Translations under genes and position numbers: made by a program | The notes under the pieces: model-generated | Seen by the model: only the letters and a program-made list of their open reading frames with translations | The model's database searches: none | What the model was told of the DNA's origin: nothing | Shown: in pieces, positions 36,839 to 49,893 of the stretch | Layout: each line of letters opens with the position of its first letter | Numbering within the stretch: position 1 is the stretch's first letter | DNA from: Octopus vulgaris | Taxonomy: Eukaryota | DNA: 64,000 nucleotides | Reading direction: 5' to 3' | Assembly: GCA_951406725.2 (NCBI GenBank) | Contig: OX597816.1 | Location: 15,314,001-15,378,000, forward strand

Positions 36839-38062
36839 TTAGGTCATCCTATAAATAATGCGTTTTTTTTTTCAATTGCATGAACTAAAAATCGGAGGGG
36901 TACAGGATAAACTACTGACATCAACATGCTATAAAAGCAGGTAGTAATTTTACTTTGTCCTTATTCTTAGTGCAAGTTTTGAAGAGTGCAGTTCAATTTT
37001 AACAGTTATTTATTCAAAGCTATAATGGAAGTAACAAACGAGCATATTCGGTATATTTTGCTTTATGAGTTCAATAAAGGCAACTGCGCAATGGACAGTG
37101 CGAGGAATATTAATGCAGTATATAGGGATAGGACAATAAGCGTAAGCCAGTGTCATCGGTGGTTCCAGAAATTCGGAGCCGGAAACTACAGCCTAGAAAA
37201 CGAGCCTCGTCCTAGAAGATCTGTAGAGCTCGACGAGGACGTCCTGCAAATCCTGGTGGAACAAAATCCCATAACTGTTGAGGAACTAGCAGAGAAGCTT
37301 AGATTTGAGCAATCAACCATTCATCGACACCTGCGTGCTATCAGAAAAGTCAGCAAATTAGGTTAATGAATTCATCACAAACTGTCCGATTCTAATCGTA
37401 CACAGAGAGTGAATGTGTGCTCTTCTTTGCTGTCACGTCTCACGAATGAACCTTTTTTGGCCCAAAGAGCGACTGAATATGAGAAATGGGTTATCTATAA
37501 AAATGTCAAGCGCCGAAGACAGTGGAAAGGAGAAACACCGGCACCCCAGGCCAAAGAAGGTCTTCACACACGTAAGGTGTTGTTATCTGTTTGGTAGGAT
37601 ATGAAAGGTTTAGTCCACTTTGAACTTTTAAACCCCAACTAAACGATAACAAAGTCTAAGTCAGAGCTAGTGGCATCTTTGGTTTCAAGACGAAAGGTGT
37701 TCTTCAATCAGGATAATGTTCAGCCACATACAGCGAGGATGATATTCCAAAGGCTGGAGCAGTTTGAATGGGAAACGATGCCCCACCCACCATATTGGCT
37801 GGACATTGATTGCCCCGTCTGATTATCATTTATTCCGCAGTCTTCAAAATTATTTGGACGGAAAAAATACGAATTCTGTAGACGAGGTCAGAACAGTACT
37901 GGAGAAGTATTTTTCGTCACATACAAGTGAATTTTAGAAGAGGGAACTTTCAAGTCTACCAGACAGATGGAAAAGCATTGTAGAAAATGAAGGAGAGTAT
38001 ATTTTAGATTAAAAAGGAACTTTATCTTAATTTTGAAAAATAAAAGAAATATGAGAAATAAC
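36839..38062 (+). mobile_element. Mariner element, near full length
   Basis: TA|TTAGGTCATCC left end and a transposase remnant; right TIR not clear. Confidence 0.85.
37025..38012 (+). pseudogene. Mariner (DD34D) transposase pseudogene
   Basis: MEVTNEHIRYILLYEF...WFQKF...EPRP; EKWVIY; KVLLSVW; QDNVQPH; PHPPY; APSDYHLF. Several stops and frameshifts. Confidence 0.92.
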
Positions 38063-38114
38063 CAGTAATGTATTGCTCTATGATATAAAATATTTGTGTG
38101 TCTGTTCCTTCGCT

Positions 38115-38650
38115 GTAAAGGCGCGTGGTTAAGAGGTTAGGGTATTCAGTTGACGGTTGTAAGGTTGTAAGTTCGATTTCCGGCGGTGCGATGTGTCCTT
38201 GAGCAAGACGATTTATTTCACTTTGCTGTAGTCCACTCACCTGGCAAAAATGAATAGTACCTGTATTTCAAAGGGCCAGCTTTGTCACACTCTGTCACAT
38301 AATCTCCCTAAGAACTACGTGAAGGGTAAGGCGGCGAGCTGGCAGAATCGTTAGCACGCCGGGTGAAATGCTTAGCGGTATTTCGTCTGCCGCTATGTTC
38401 TGAGTTCAAATTCCGCCGAGGTCGGCTTTTCCTTTCATCCTTTCGGGGTCGATTAAATAAGTACCAGTTACGCACTGGGGTCGATGTAATCGACTTAATC
38501 CGTTTGTCTGTCCTTGTTTGTTCTCTCTGTGTTTAGCCCCTTGAGGGTAGTAAAGAAATAGGTATGCGTATCTGTGGAATGTTCAGTACGTTAATTTCCC
38601 GAGCAGGCTGTTCCATTGATCAGATCGTCGTCGTATCAACAGAGCGTTAG
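38115..38650 (+). mobile_element. SINE family D (CORE-like head, tail T1), split by a SINE B
   Basis: CORE-like tgtgtccttgagcaagac...gtccactcac...aaatgaata; tail T1 resumes after 38544. Confidence 0.78.
38329..38540 (+). mobile_element. SINE family B nested in SINE D
   Basis: Full head to aaagaaata tail; GGTA at both junctions. Confidence 0.9.
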
Positions 38651-39073
38651 TCCCTTCGCCCTTCGCCCTTCGCCACTTGACAGCTGGGGTTCGTTTATTA
38701 CAGTCCTATAACTTAACAATAAGGCAAAAGTAACCGGTAGGATAAGTACCAGACTTTAAAACATAAGTGTTTGGGGTAGGTTTCGACTAAACCTACAAGC
38801 AACCCCGTATTCCAGCATGGTTGCAGTCCAGTGACTGTCACGAATAAAAGAATAATAGAATAGCAATGACAATTTACATATGAAATGGAATTGCGCACAG
38901 TAAGAGGGAAAAAACTATTAACTTTTCCATAAATAGATGTCAATCTATTCTTTCTTTGATTAGATGTCAAAAGTTAACAGACTTTTTCCACAGCAAAATT
39001 GAAAGAAAGGAAATATTTACTTTATTAATAGAGTCATTCTATTTACCAAAATGATAATTTTATTTCCTTATAT

Positions 39074-39236
39074 AGGCACAGAAGTGGCTATGTGGTAAGA
39101 AGCTTGTTCCCAACTACATGGTACCGGGTTCAGTTCCACTGTGTGGCACCTTGGGCAAGTGTCTTCTACTATAGCCACGGGCTGATCAAAGCCTTGTGAG
39201 TGGATTTCGTTGACGGAAACTGAAAGAAGCCCGTAG

Positions 39237-39298
<62 letters not shown>

Positions 39299-39330
39299 GC
39301 TAGCTAGCTAGCTAGATAGCTAGCTATCTA

Positions 39331-39363
<33 letters not shown>

Positions 39364-39581
39364 TTGTGTGTCTGTGTTTGTCTCCCCGCCATCGCTTGAC
39401 ACACCGATGTTGGTGTGTTTACGTCCCTGTAACTTAGCGATTTGGCATTAGAGACCGATAGAATAAGTACTAGGCTTACAACGAAGAAGTCCTGGGGTCG
39501 ATTTGTTCGACTAAAGGCGATGCTCCAGCATGGCCGCAGTGAAATGACTGAAACAAGTAAAAGAAAAGAATAAAAGAATAT
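39074..39581 (+). mobile_element. SINE family A with internal (TATC)/(TAGC)/(TCTG) tract
   Basis: Full-length plus-strand copy. Confidence 0.9.
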
Positions 39582-39617
39582 TCTTCTGCATTCATTATTC
39601 TGAGACGTATTCCGCTT

Positions 39618-39748
39618 AGGTCGACTTTGCCTTTCATCCTTTCGGGGTCGATTAAATAAGCACCAGTTACACACTGGGGACGATGTATTCGACTATCACC
39701 CCCCACTCCTAATTTCAGGCCTTGTACCTATTATAGAAAGGATTATTC
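39618..39748 (+). mobile_element. SINE family B, 5'-truncated (tail type 2)
   Basis: Meta-like core; flanking repeat attattctgagacgta. Confidence 0.8.
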
Positions 39749-40079
39749 TGAGACGTACATATTAATTGCTGGAAGGGACAGCATATTTCGTTTTGCAACC
39801 ATAGAATACCACCAAGTATATTAAAGGTTTATTAAAAGTCAATACTGTGTCTTGCTTTTTGCATTGGTAGTGCGATTCAGTCATTTGAAAGTTATCTCTT
39901 GCGATTTACTATAGAATTTAGATCTAACTCAAACATAATTATTCTGAGAGTTAGAAACTGAGGCAAGAGGACAAGAAACACGTCTCGAGTTGTCACACCA
40001 AACCAGATACATTCTGAAATCCTGGCACTGGAAACGACCAATACAGACATGAGTTACCAGATAGTTTGGTCAATCATTA

Positions 40080-40114
<35 letters not shown>

Positions 40115-40339
40115 CGCACACATACACACACATACACACATATATACACACATACATACATACGTACATACATACAGACAGACATACACATACATGTATG
40201 CGCACACAAGCACATTCATGCATACGCACGCGCACACGCGCACACATTTGCTCTGTTCTCAGTCAATATTTTTATCCCCGATACGTGCTTTGAAATGATT
40301 CGCCATCATCCACAACTGGAGATGAGATTACTGTCTTGC

Positions 40340-40545
40340 GTCCCAGAATCCAATAGGGCTAGCTACCCGGTATCCATAGCATATAAGTAACCGAAATCAC
40401 AACACTGCCCCAGACAGGGAAATCAGTCTATCTCAGAGTTACTCATTTGCATATGAATGAACTGAAGGAACGTTAAATGAAGAGTTTGTCTCAAGAACAA
40501 AACACATTGCCTGGCCCGGGAATTGAAACCACGACTTTACGATCG
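40340..40545 (-). mobile_element. Degenerate CORE-like SINE (family D) with V-like tail
   Basis: ttgtctcaagaacaaaac...ccgggaattgaaacc on the plus strand. Confidence 0.55.
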
Positions 40546-40891
40546 CAGGAGGAAATACCTTTGAAATGGTCGGCTAAGTTAAAACTAACATTAGATTATC
40601 TGATATTAATAGAAGACATTTTATCAAGAAATCGTGTGACACATTTTTATGTATGTGTGAGGATTGTAATTGGAGCTTTTAATAGATAAGACAGATATGC
40701 ACATATGACAACGAAGGAAGTTATTTCTTAGATCAGCATAACAAATTGTAATAAATCCGAGCAATATGAAACCTTTGTGAAACGATGATAAACGAATTTG
40801 CATAAACACGCAAAGTAATTTGTAAAACGTGATCTATAACCTACGAGTATGCGTCAATCCTCCAATCCTAGCATAGAAGGTCGAACGTATG

Positions 40892-41131
40892 AAGGCGGCG
40901 AGCTGGCAGAAACGTTAGCACGCCGGGCGAAATGCTTAGCAGTATTTCGTCTGTCGCTCCGTTCTGAGTTCAAATTCCGCCGAGGTCGACTTATCCTTTC
41001 ATCCTTTCAGGGTCGATTAAATAAGTACCAGTTACACACTGGGGTCGATGTAATCGACTTAATCCCTTCGCCTGTCCTTGTGTGTCCTCTCTATGTTTAG
41101 TCCCTTGTGGGCAATAAAAAAATAAGATATA
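40892..41131 (+). mobile_element. SINE family B monomer
   Basis: TSD AGAA(G/T)GTCGA(A/G)CGTATGAA at 40875-93 and 41132-50. Confidence 0.9.
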
Positions 41132-41265
41132 AGAATGTCGAGCGTATGAACAAAGAAGAAAGAAAAACAATAACAAACCAAAAAATCCTTTCTTATTTTG
41201 GCACAGGGCCAGCAATTTTGAGGGGAGGGAAAGTCAGTTACATCGATCCCTGTGCTTGACTGGTA

Positions 41266-41609
41266 CCCATGGATAAACTCTCAAAGGCCTGTCAGGAATT
41301 CAGCCTGACTGTTAGTCTGAAGAAAACCAACATAATGGGCCAAGGTGTCAACTCCACCTATCACCTCACCAGCAACGATTACGTGCTGAAGGTAGTCCAT
41401 GAATTCATCTACCTCGGCTTTACCATCACTGATAACCTCTCCTTAGATCAGCAGGCGAGTTGGACAAGTATCCTCCACATTTTGTCAAGCTTACAAAGAG
41501 AGTCCAAGATTGCTATCTATAAGGCGTACGTCCTCAGCACACTGCTTTACGGCAGCGAGACATAGAGTCTCTACTCCAGACAGGGGCGGCGTCTCAACAT
41601 CTTCCACCT

Positions 41610-41610
<1 letters not shown>
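41266..41610 (+). pseudogene. RTE-clade LINE reverse transcriptase C-terminal fragment
   Basis: DKLSKACQEFSLTVSLKKTNIM...EFIYLG...IYKAYVLSTLLYGSET*...RRLNIFHL. Confidence 0.88.
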
Positions 41611-41688
<78 letters not shown>

Positions 41689-41841
41689 CGTGACCGTGAC
41701 TGACCAGACTATCAGATGTCTAACCAGACTATCAGACTATAGCCTTCAAATGACGCCACCCCGCTGGCTAAGCGAGCAGGTCAATATGTATATACATACA
41801 TATATATGTGTGTGTTTGTTTCTTTGTTTGTGTGTGTGTAC

Positions 41842-41876
<35 letters not shown>

Positions 41877-43699
41877 TGTATGTATGTATGTATGTATGTA
41901 TGTATATATATTTAGTTTATTTCTAGGTCTGAAGGTATATATATATATATATATACCTGTTGAGTTGACCTACTAGCAAAAGCAACTAAATATTTCTCAA
42001 ATAACACTAACACTATAACGTCTTAAAATAGTAGGGCCACATGAGACAATGTGGTTTAAAATGCACAATTGTCTGAGAAAATAAATATTCAACCATGAGA
42101 TGAGAACTGAAACAATTTTGATTCAAAGCTGACTGGGAGCAAACCAGCAACCACGACTTCAAAGAATTAGCAATTATGTGATTTAATATAATGTGCAGCT
42201 GGTTTGCAATTTCGAGTTCAATGTATCTTAGGAGCTTGAAAAAGAAAAAAAAATACAGAAGCCGCTTCAGTGTATCCACTGTGAAGGAAGACCCTAAGCA
42301 ACATCGATCAAATGTCGTTGGATCTGAATTCTAATTCTGACAACGAATTACGTGTGATTATTGATGTGAAGGAATCTATATTACGTTTAACAGCCAAAAC
42401 ACGTGATGCATGATCATGTAGCACCAGGTGGATGTTTTGATTGATTGATTACATGAAATTTGACGATGACGACGACGACGACGACGACGACAACGACAAC
42501 GACTGTCATAACGATCTGAAATCGATCTAGAAGATTACTATCGTATCGATCACCATCGATTACTTTCTGATTACAACCTGAAAAATTGTTATTTAGATCC
42601 ATAAAATAATAATTTACCGCTTTTGTGGAAATCAGTTGCATAATTAATGCAAAAGATGTTAATAAAATGTAACATAAGTTCAGCTGTAGATTATTGATGA
42701 GATTTATTACCAATCATTATCAGAAAAACGGGTAGTCAGTTTATCTAATTATCCCTGAACCGATGAAAAAGCCACTACATCAATAGTAAGGAACTTTCTA
42801 ACAGTAAACGAGCTTATCCCTTTTGGAAATTTGAAATAGCTTGCTGACGAAGACCCGAAAAACCTATATCAAAATAGTATGTTTAAGTCTCAATATTAAA
42901 ACAGTAATTTTATATAAGTTGGTTAATAATAAAATTCAAGGATTATTACGTAGATGTTGAAATAACATCCTCATGTTGTAAAATATATGTATAAGGCTCA
43001 TGGAAACATATTCAAGGTCAGATATACACGACATACTTAGTCATTCAGATCTAGAAATAAACTAAATTCCTTCTTTTCTGGGCACAGATGCGCCTCTACG
43101 TTCTTATGCATTGGCAATTCACTGGTGATACAAATGTTTTCCAACTGTTGCGCTATGTGGTCTCTCGACCTACTAGAAATATCAATCAGGTCTTATTCAA
43201 TTTACTAAACATCACCATTTAAACAATTTGAAGCACCCGCGGAATAATACAATACTAGATATCGATATCCATAAAGAAAATGCAGGATTGTTATGGTTGA
43301 AATATCTTTGACCTGATCATATGTCTCCTACATGTTGAGTGACGAGGGGTTAAACATCATCAATAGCCACAATAATTACTGCAATTCATTCATCTCGGTA
43401 CGAAGCTTGGCCAATGCTGAGTTCTTAGAAAAAGCAATAACATCAGATGAGTTCCAAAGGCTATTGGAACAACGTAGACGATTGTAGAAATGACGTAAGT
43501 AAATTGAAAACATTCCGGTCTTCGTTGTTTTCATAACCAAGTGGCTAATACGCCGAACCAAACAACACACAGACACACACACACACACGCATTGTTATAC
43601 TTGGGGATGGTGATTTTTTTTGCTAATTAAACACACATACACAATTTATTTGTTATTCACTTTAGTTTTTTATTATTATTATCTTTAGTATATACGTCT

Positions 43700-43742
43700 G
43701 TCAAAGTTCTTTCGTCATACATTCTGTGACCTCATCAGTGAC
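43700..43742 (-). ncRNA. Minimal type-I hammerhead ribozyme candidate (canonical core)
   Basis: GUCA-CUGAUGA-G-GUCA(CAGAAUGUA)UGAC-GAAA-GAAC-UU^UGAC; stems I and II each 4 bp. Confidence 0.62.
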
Positions 43743-43862
43743 TCACTGTCTCATGTGTCTCCGCTTCTCCTGCTTATTACATTTATATATGTAGGCAAGG
43801 CTGCGTGGTAAGAAGCTTGCTTCCCAACCGCATGGTTCCAGATTCAGTCCCCAGGGTGCAGA

Positions 43863-43947
<85 letters not shown>

Positions 43948-43961
43948 TATGTGTGTCTATA

Positions 43962-44163
43962 CAGCAATCCCTCGCCATATCTCGGTTTGTTGGTTAAGCT
44001 TACGTCGATTCCACCGCGGTGTTGTTTTGCATTTATAATAAAATAAATATATACAAATTATAAAAATAGCAAAAAAATACAGTACAGTAGTCTCTACTTA
44101 GTGGACTTTCACCTATCGCGGAGATTTTGGAACGTAACACCCGAGATAGTCGAGGGATTACTG
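43962..44163. mobile_element. Tigger/pogo-like MITE
   Basis: TA-flanked TIRs cagcaatccctcg..atatctcgg / ccgagatagtcgagggattactg. Confidence 0.75.
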
Positions 44164-44180
44164 TATATATATATATATAT

Positions 44181-44466
44181 CGTGTGATCGACCAGATGTT
44201 GTCATACATCGCTGATCACAGTACGCTTCACATCGTTTTAGCTTTCGAACGATGCCACTCCGCTGGCCAGGTGATCAGGCCAACATTCTCCGTGATGGGA
44301 AGGCCATTCCGTCGCAGGGTTGTTTATTTACAGCTGAGTGGACTGCAGCAACGTAAAATTAAATGCTTTGTTCGAGAGCACAACACACCGTTCGGTCCAG
44401 GAATCGCAATCACAATCTAGCGATCATGAATTCGACACTCTGAACACTAAGCCACGCGCCTTTACA
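44181..44466 (-). mobile_element. SINE family D (CORE-like head, V-like piece, tail T3)
   Basis: Minus head gtaaaggcgcgtggcttag; tail homologous to 57035-57147. Confidence 0.7.
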
Positions 44467-45047
44467 TGTATATATCCTTGATCTTTTGCTCTTTTCAGTC
44501 ATTAGACTGCGGCCATGCTGGGGCGCCGCCTTGAAAAAGTTTTTGTCGTATTAATCGACATATTTCTTTCAAACGTGGTACTTCTCTATAGGTATCTTTG
44601 TGCCAAACCGCTAGATTACGAGGACGCAAACACACCAACACCGGTTGTCAAGTGGTAGTAGGAGGACAGATACAGACACAAAGATACCCCCATATATATA
44701 CCTATATATATATAAAACTGAGAATGTGTGTTTGTGTGTGTGTGTGTGTGTCTGTCTGTTTGTATGTGTGCATCACTAAAACTCAAGAACTACCCAACCG
44801 ATTTCAATCAAGTTTTACACATGCATTACTTAGTGTCCATGAAGTCTCATGGGCCAATTTCTTGCCTAATGCGAGCCTGGTGTAGTCTTTTAGACTGTTT
44901 CGGTATTACGTGTCAAAAGTGAAACAATAACATTTCTGTTGTAATGTTATATTATAGTGTCACTTTTATTAATTTCAATAGTTTCACTTTTAATAGTTTC
45001 GTTTCTGTTTGTTTCACTATGCATATATATATATATATAGAAATGTT

Positions 45048-45092
<45 letters not shown>

Positions 45093-45315
45093 GTTTGTAT
45101 ATACATATATATATATATAACTGTATATATGTGTGTGTGTGATTGTATATGTGTGTATATATATGTATATGTATATGTATATATATACATGTATATGTAT
45201 ATATATATATATGTGCGTGTGTGTGTGTATGTGTATAGATATGTATATATCTATATATTTTTGTATATATATATATATATCAAAATAAGCAGCATGATAT
45301 CCAGAGGTGATGCAG

Positions 45316-45394
45316 TACGACCGTTCCAAATGGCTTCATTTAATTGAACAATGCAATCATTACATCAATTTAAATGCAGGGCTATCCTCAGGTG
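45316..45394 (-). ncRNA. Degenerate hammerhead-like motif with long stem II
   Basis: CUGAGGA...(hairpin CAUUUAAAUUGA / UCAAUUAAAUG)...GGAACGGUC^GUA; the conserved GAAA is mutated. Confidence 0.35.
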
Positions 45395-46622
45395 CATAAA
45401 TAAATAAAAATAATTTTTTTCATCAGTCGAACACATTTGTAGATATCATACCCCCATACCCAGTTTACACAGTTTGAGTAGAATAGTTAGTATGCTGTTA
45501 TGTAGATAGATGTATGTATGAGTGTGTGTGAGTGTATGTATATATATATGTATATGCACATGTATGTAAGCATATGGATATGATAGTATACAGATCAACA
45601 TACAGACGGTCAGGTACATAGGTTATATGAATAGACAAGCACACATACACGCACATACATAAATGAAGACTGGAGCACATGACCATATACACACACACAC
45701 TTTACTTCACACAAGGACACATATGGAGACACACATCTATACCTACAAACACGGTACATAGTTGTAAAACAGACACAGACACACACATACGCACACACAA
45801 GGAGATAGAGGTATACACACACATATACAAACACACACACATACATACATAAAAACACACAAACACGAACACGCCAACACATGAATATGCAGAATACATA
45901 CATACAAATGTACACACATACATACATAAATGCATACATACACACACATACATACATACATACATACATACATACATACATACATACATACATACATACA
46001 TACATACATACATACATACATGCCTGTGTATGCACACACACACACTAACCCACACACATGCGCTCAAACAAACAAAGCAGTGTGAATAACGGACAGAGTT
46101 AAAACTATTGAAATGGTTGCAAGAAGCAACGAACATTTTAGAAAAATAAAGGAAATGAGTGGAAATTTTACCGGCGAGAGTGTCAAATTATAAGGCACTA
46201 AAAGATAATGACTCTCCCCAGGCACAACAGCACATTTGTATAATTTTACTTAAATCCTCAAAGAGGGTAAGAAGACAAAGTCCATACTGTTGGCACTTCA
46301 GCTTCGAAGTTTCTAAGATATCAGGAAACAATCTCCTTGGGTCATAGCTTGTCACTGATTTCGGTTCAGTTTTAATTAATTAGTCTTGTTTATCAAATCT
46401 TCGTATATAAAATCTAAGACTAGGGAAAAGTGTCTGTTAGGAAAGGGCATGAGGGAGACGACAGAATCATTGTGGGTATAGTTATAAAACTTGTCAAGGT
46501 TATCTTGAAGTAGTATAAAGTAGTATAAATTCTAGTTCGCCTACGCAACATTATAACAACATATTAACCCAGTACAGTATCAACTTACCAGGCAGCCTGT
46601 ACGTTTATTCGATAAACATAAT

Positions 46623-47046
46623 ATCTTTTCGGTTTGAACGGCTGTTTTTTCTAGCGGCGTCATATGAAATTGTCACCCATAATTATGAACCTAGAATCGA
46701 TCTATTGCATTTCAATCTGTTTTAGAGTTAGGGTTAGTTCGGGTTAGGGATGGGGAGAAGGGTATCTTTTTTTTCTTCACAAATGTAAATAAACCCAATC
46801 TGTTTCTTAAACGAGGGACATATTCATACGGCACAGAATGTTGTTTACCTCAATAGATGTCAGTGATTGGTTGAAATTGCAGAAATTGAAGAAAAAAACT
46901 ACAAATATCTTACAAACTATAGAATTTTCTCAATAAAGCCAAGAGACAAAAGATGTTTTATAAACACATTCTACCAGTATACGAAGTTTAAAATTTTTTA
47001 GTTACCTAGAAATTATTTTAAAAACTGCCGTTCAAACCGAAAAGAT
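46623..47046. mobile_element. Non-autonomous TIR element, copy 1
   Basis: TIR ATCTTTTCGGTTTGAACGGC.GTTTTT / AAAAACTGCCGTTCAAACCGAAAAGAT; internal ttaggg units. Confidence 0.85.
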
Positions 47047-47343
47047 CCTCAAACACGGCTTAGAGACACGTACTACGTTGACATGTTTCTCTATTACCTT
47101 TGAATATATTGAGTCGCCATGTTGTTTTCTGTTTGCAGTTTCACTTTCTACTATTAGGTCAAGGTAACTGTGTGTATTGCGACGTTTAAATCGCAGTGTA
47201 ATGAGGGCGTGTTGTACATAAAGACCAATGTATATAAACGCGTGATTTATAAGACAACATATGACTCTCCCATATACACAATACGTGTACGTTTGCTTAT
47301 CTAAACGCGTAGAAAAGACTCTGTACATAAACAAATGTACATA

Positions 47344-48128
47344 TTAGGTTGTTCGGAAAATACTGTCTGATTTTTCGAAAACGTTTTTTTCAAATTCGAT
47401 TTAAGATTTTATTTTCGTAGTAATTTAGACGAAATTTTACTTGCTTAATAACTAATGTGTACTCTTTAATAAATGTTTATTGATTTCTTTCGAAATATAA
47501 TTTTGAAGCGTAGAAATTCTTAATTTCAAATATGAAAAAAAAAAAAAAATTTTTAATGCATTTATTTTTTTTGCATGAATTCAAGCTTGGACTTAATGCT
47601 TCCAAAACAGCCGCCAATATTAATAGAGCGTGGGTACGAAGGGTCCACTAGTGATCGGACGGTAAGACGGTGGTTTAAGAGATTCCGTAGTGAGGACGAG
47701 AGCCTCGAAGATCAAAAAGGTAGCATATGAATACAACATAGCTTTCTGGAACCTAACCAGAGCATTACATCGGAAGTTTACTGTAAGCAAATGGAAGAAA
47801 TACATGTTCACTTGCGCACAATGAGACCTGCACTTGTTAATCGACGTGGTCCAATCCTGCTTCACGACAACGCTCAACTGAATGTTTCTAGGATGACACT
47901 GCAAAAGCTCACAGACCTGCGATACGAGACTTTACCACATTTTCCATATTCTCCCGATCCTTCGTCTACCGACTACCACTTTTTCAAGCATCAAGAGGTC
48001 GAAACTGAATACAAGGATTTCTTGGCATCAAAACCTTTGGATTTTTATCGAAGAGGCATAAAAGACTTTGTTAACCGATGGGAGAAATGTTCAGAGATCA
48101 TAATTTGAATAATTAAGCCTTTGCATAA
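47344..48128 (+). mobile_element. Internally deleted mariner, copy 1
   Basis: TA|TTAGGTTG end; ILLHDNA...PHFPYSPD..STDYHFFK...RWEKC. Confidence 0.88.
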
Positions 48129-48546
48129 CTCTTTTACTCTTTATTTTTACTCTTTTACTTGTTTCAGTCATTTGACTGCGGCCATGCTGGAGCACCGCCT
48201 TTAGTCGAGCAAATCGACCCCGGGACTTATTCTTTGTAAGCCCAGTACTTATTCTATCGGTCTCTTTTTGCCGAACCACTAAGTGACGGGGACGAAAACA
48301 CCCCAGCATCGGTTGTCAAGCAATGCTAGGGGGACAAACACAGACATACAAACACACACACACATATATATATACATATATACGACAGACTTCTTTCAGT
48401 TTCCGTCTACCAAATCCACTCACAAGGCATTGGTCGGCCCGGGGCTATAGCAGAAGACACTTGCCCAAGATGCCATGCAGTGGGACTGAACCCGGAACCA
48501 TGTGGTTAGTTAGCAAGCTACTTACCACCCAGCCACTCCTGCGCCT
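48129..48546 (-). mobile_element. SINE family A, young, present only in duplicate 1
   Basis: The paralogous site near 50978-50990 is empty. Confidence 0.93.
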
Positions 48547-48835
48547 CAGTTTTTCAGGAATATCGGCTTATTTTAAAAAGTTCCTGGCTTTAAGAGTATT
48601 GCAAAAGGCTTACTCGGAGGCATAAACTTCCGAGTTCTTTTACAGAGTTTAGAAGAACTGAAGGACTGCTGCAATAAACGTGTGAATATGAGAGGGGACT
48701 ATGTTGAATAAAATCAGAATTAACTGATTCTCCTGCATTTTCTTTTACCCAAACCCAGGAACTTTCCGACACCTATCGTATTAATTGAAAGTAGGAACAC
48801 CATAGTTCGTTGCGTAACCATAATATACTACCCAG

Positions 48836-48891
<56 letters not shown>

Positions 48892-48948
48892 CACATGCGC
48901 ACAAACAAACAAAAAGGAACGCAGTGTGAATAATGGCCAGAGTTAAAA

Positions 48949-48985
48949 CTATTGAAAAGGTTGCAAGACGCAACGAAAATTTTAG
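48949..48985 (+). ncRNA. Minimal type-I hammerhead ribozyme candidate, U3-A8 core variant
   Basis: CUA-UUGAAAA-G-GUUGC(AAGAC)GCAAC-GAAA-AU-UU^UAG. The paralogue at 46105-46141 has core mutations. Confidence 0.6.
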
Positions 48986-49469
48986 AAAAATAAAGAAGGA
49001 AATGAGTGGAAATTTTACCGGCGAGAGTGTCAAATTATAAGGCACTAAAAGATAATGACTCTCCCCAGACACAACAGCACATTTGTATAATTTTACTTAA
49101 ATCCTCAAAGAGGGTAAGAAGACAAAGTCCATGCTGTTGTCACTTCAGCTTCGAAGTTTCTAAGATATCAGGAAACAATCTCCTTGGGTCATAGCTTGTC
49201 ACTGATTTCGGTTCAGTTTTAATTAATTAGCCTTGTTTATCAAATCTTTGTATATCAAATCTAAGACTAGGGAATAGTGTCTGTTAGGAAAGGGCATGAG
49301 GGAGAAGACAGAATGATAGTGGGTATAGTTATAAAACTTGTCAAGGTTATCTTGAAGTAGTATAAAGTAGTATAAATTCTAGTTCGCCTACGCAACATTA
49401 TAACAACATATCAACCCAGTACAGTATCAACTCACCAGGCGGTCTGTATGTTTATTCGATATACATAAT

Positions 49470-49893
49470 ATCTTTTCGGTTTGAACGGCAGTTTTTTCTA
49501 GCGGCGTCATATGAAATTGTCACCCATAATTATGACCCTAGAATCGATCTATTGCATTTCAATCTATTTTAGGGTTAGTGTTAGTTCGGGTGAGAGGTGG
49601 AGGGAAGGGTATCTTTTTTTTCTTCACAAATGTAAATAAACCCAATCTGTTTTTTAAACCAGGGACATATTCATACGGCACAGAATGTTGTTTACCTCAA
49701 TAGACGTCAGTGATTGGTTGAAATTGCAGAAATTGAAGAAAAAAACTACAAATATCTTACAAACTATAGAATTTTCTCAATAAAGCCAAGAGTCAAAAGG
49801 TGTTTTATAAACACATTCTACCAGTATACGAAGTTTAAAATTTTTTAGTTACCTAGAAATTATTTTAAAAACTGCCGTTCAAACCGAAAAGAT
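49470..49893. mobile_element. Non-autonomous TIR element, copy 2
   Basis: Duplicate of 46623-47046. Confidence 0.85.

Noticed and set aside
42843-42865. ctgacgaagacccgaaa hammerhead-like motif
   Set aside because: Stem II and stem I do not pair.
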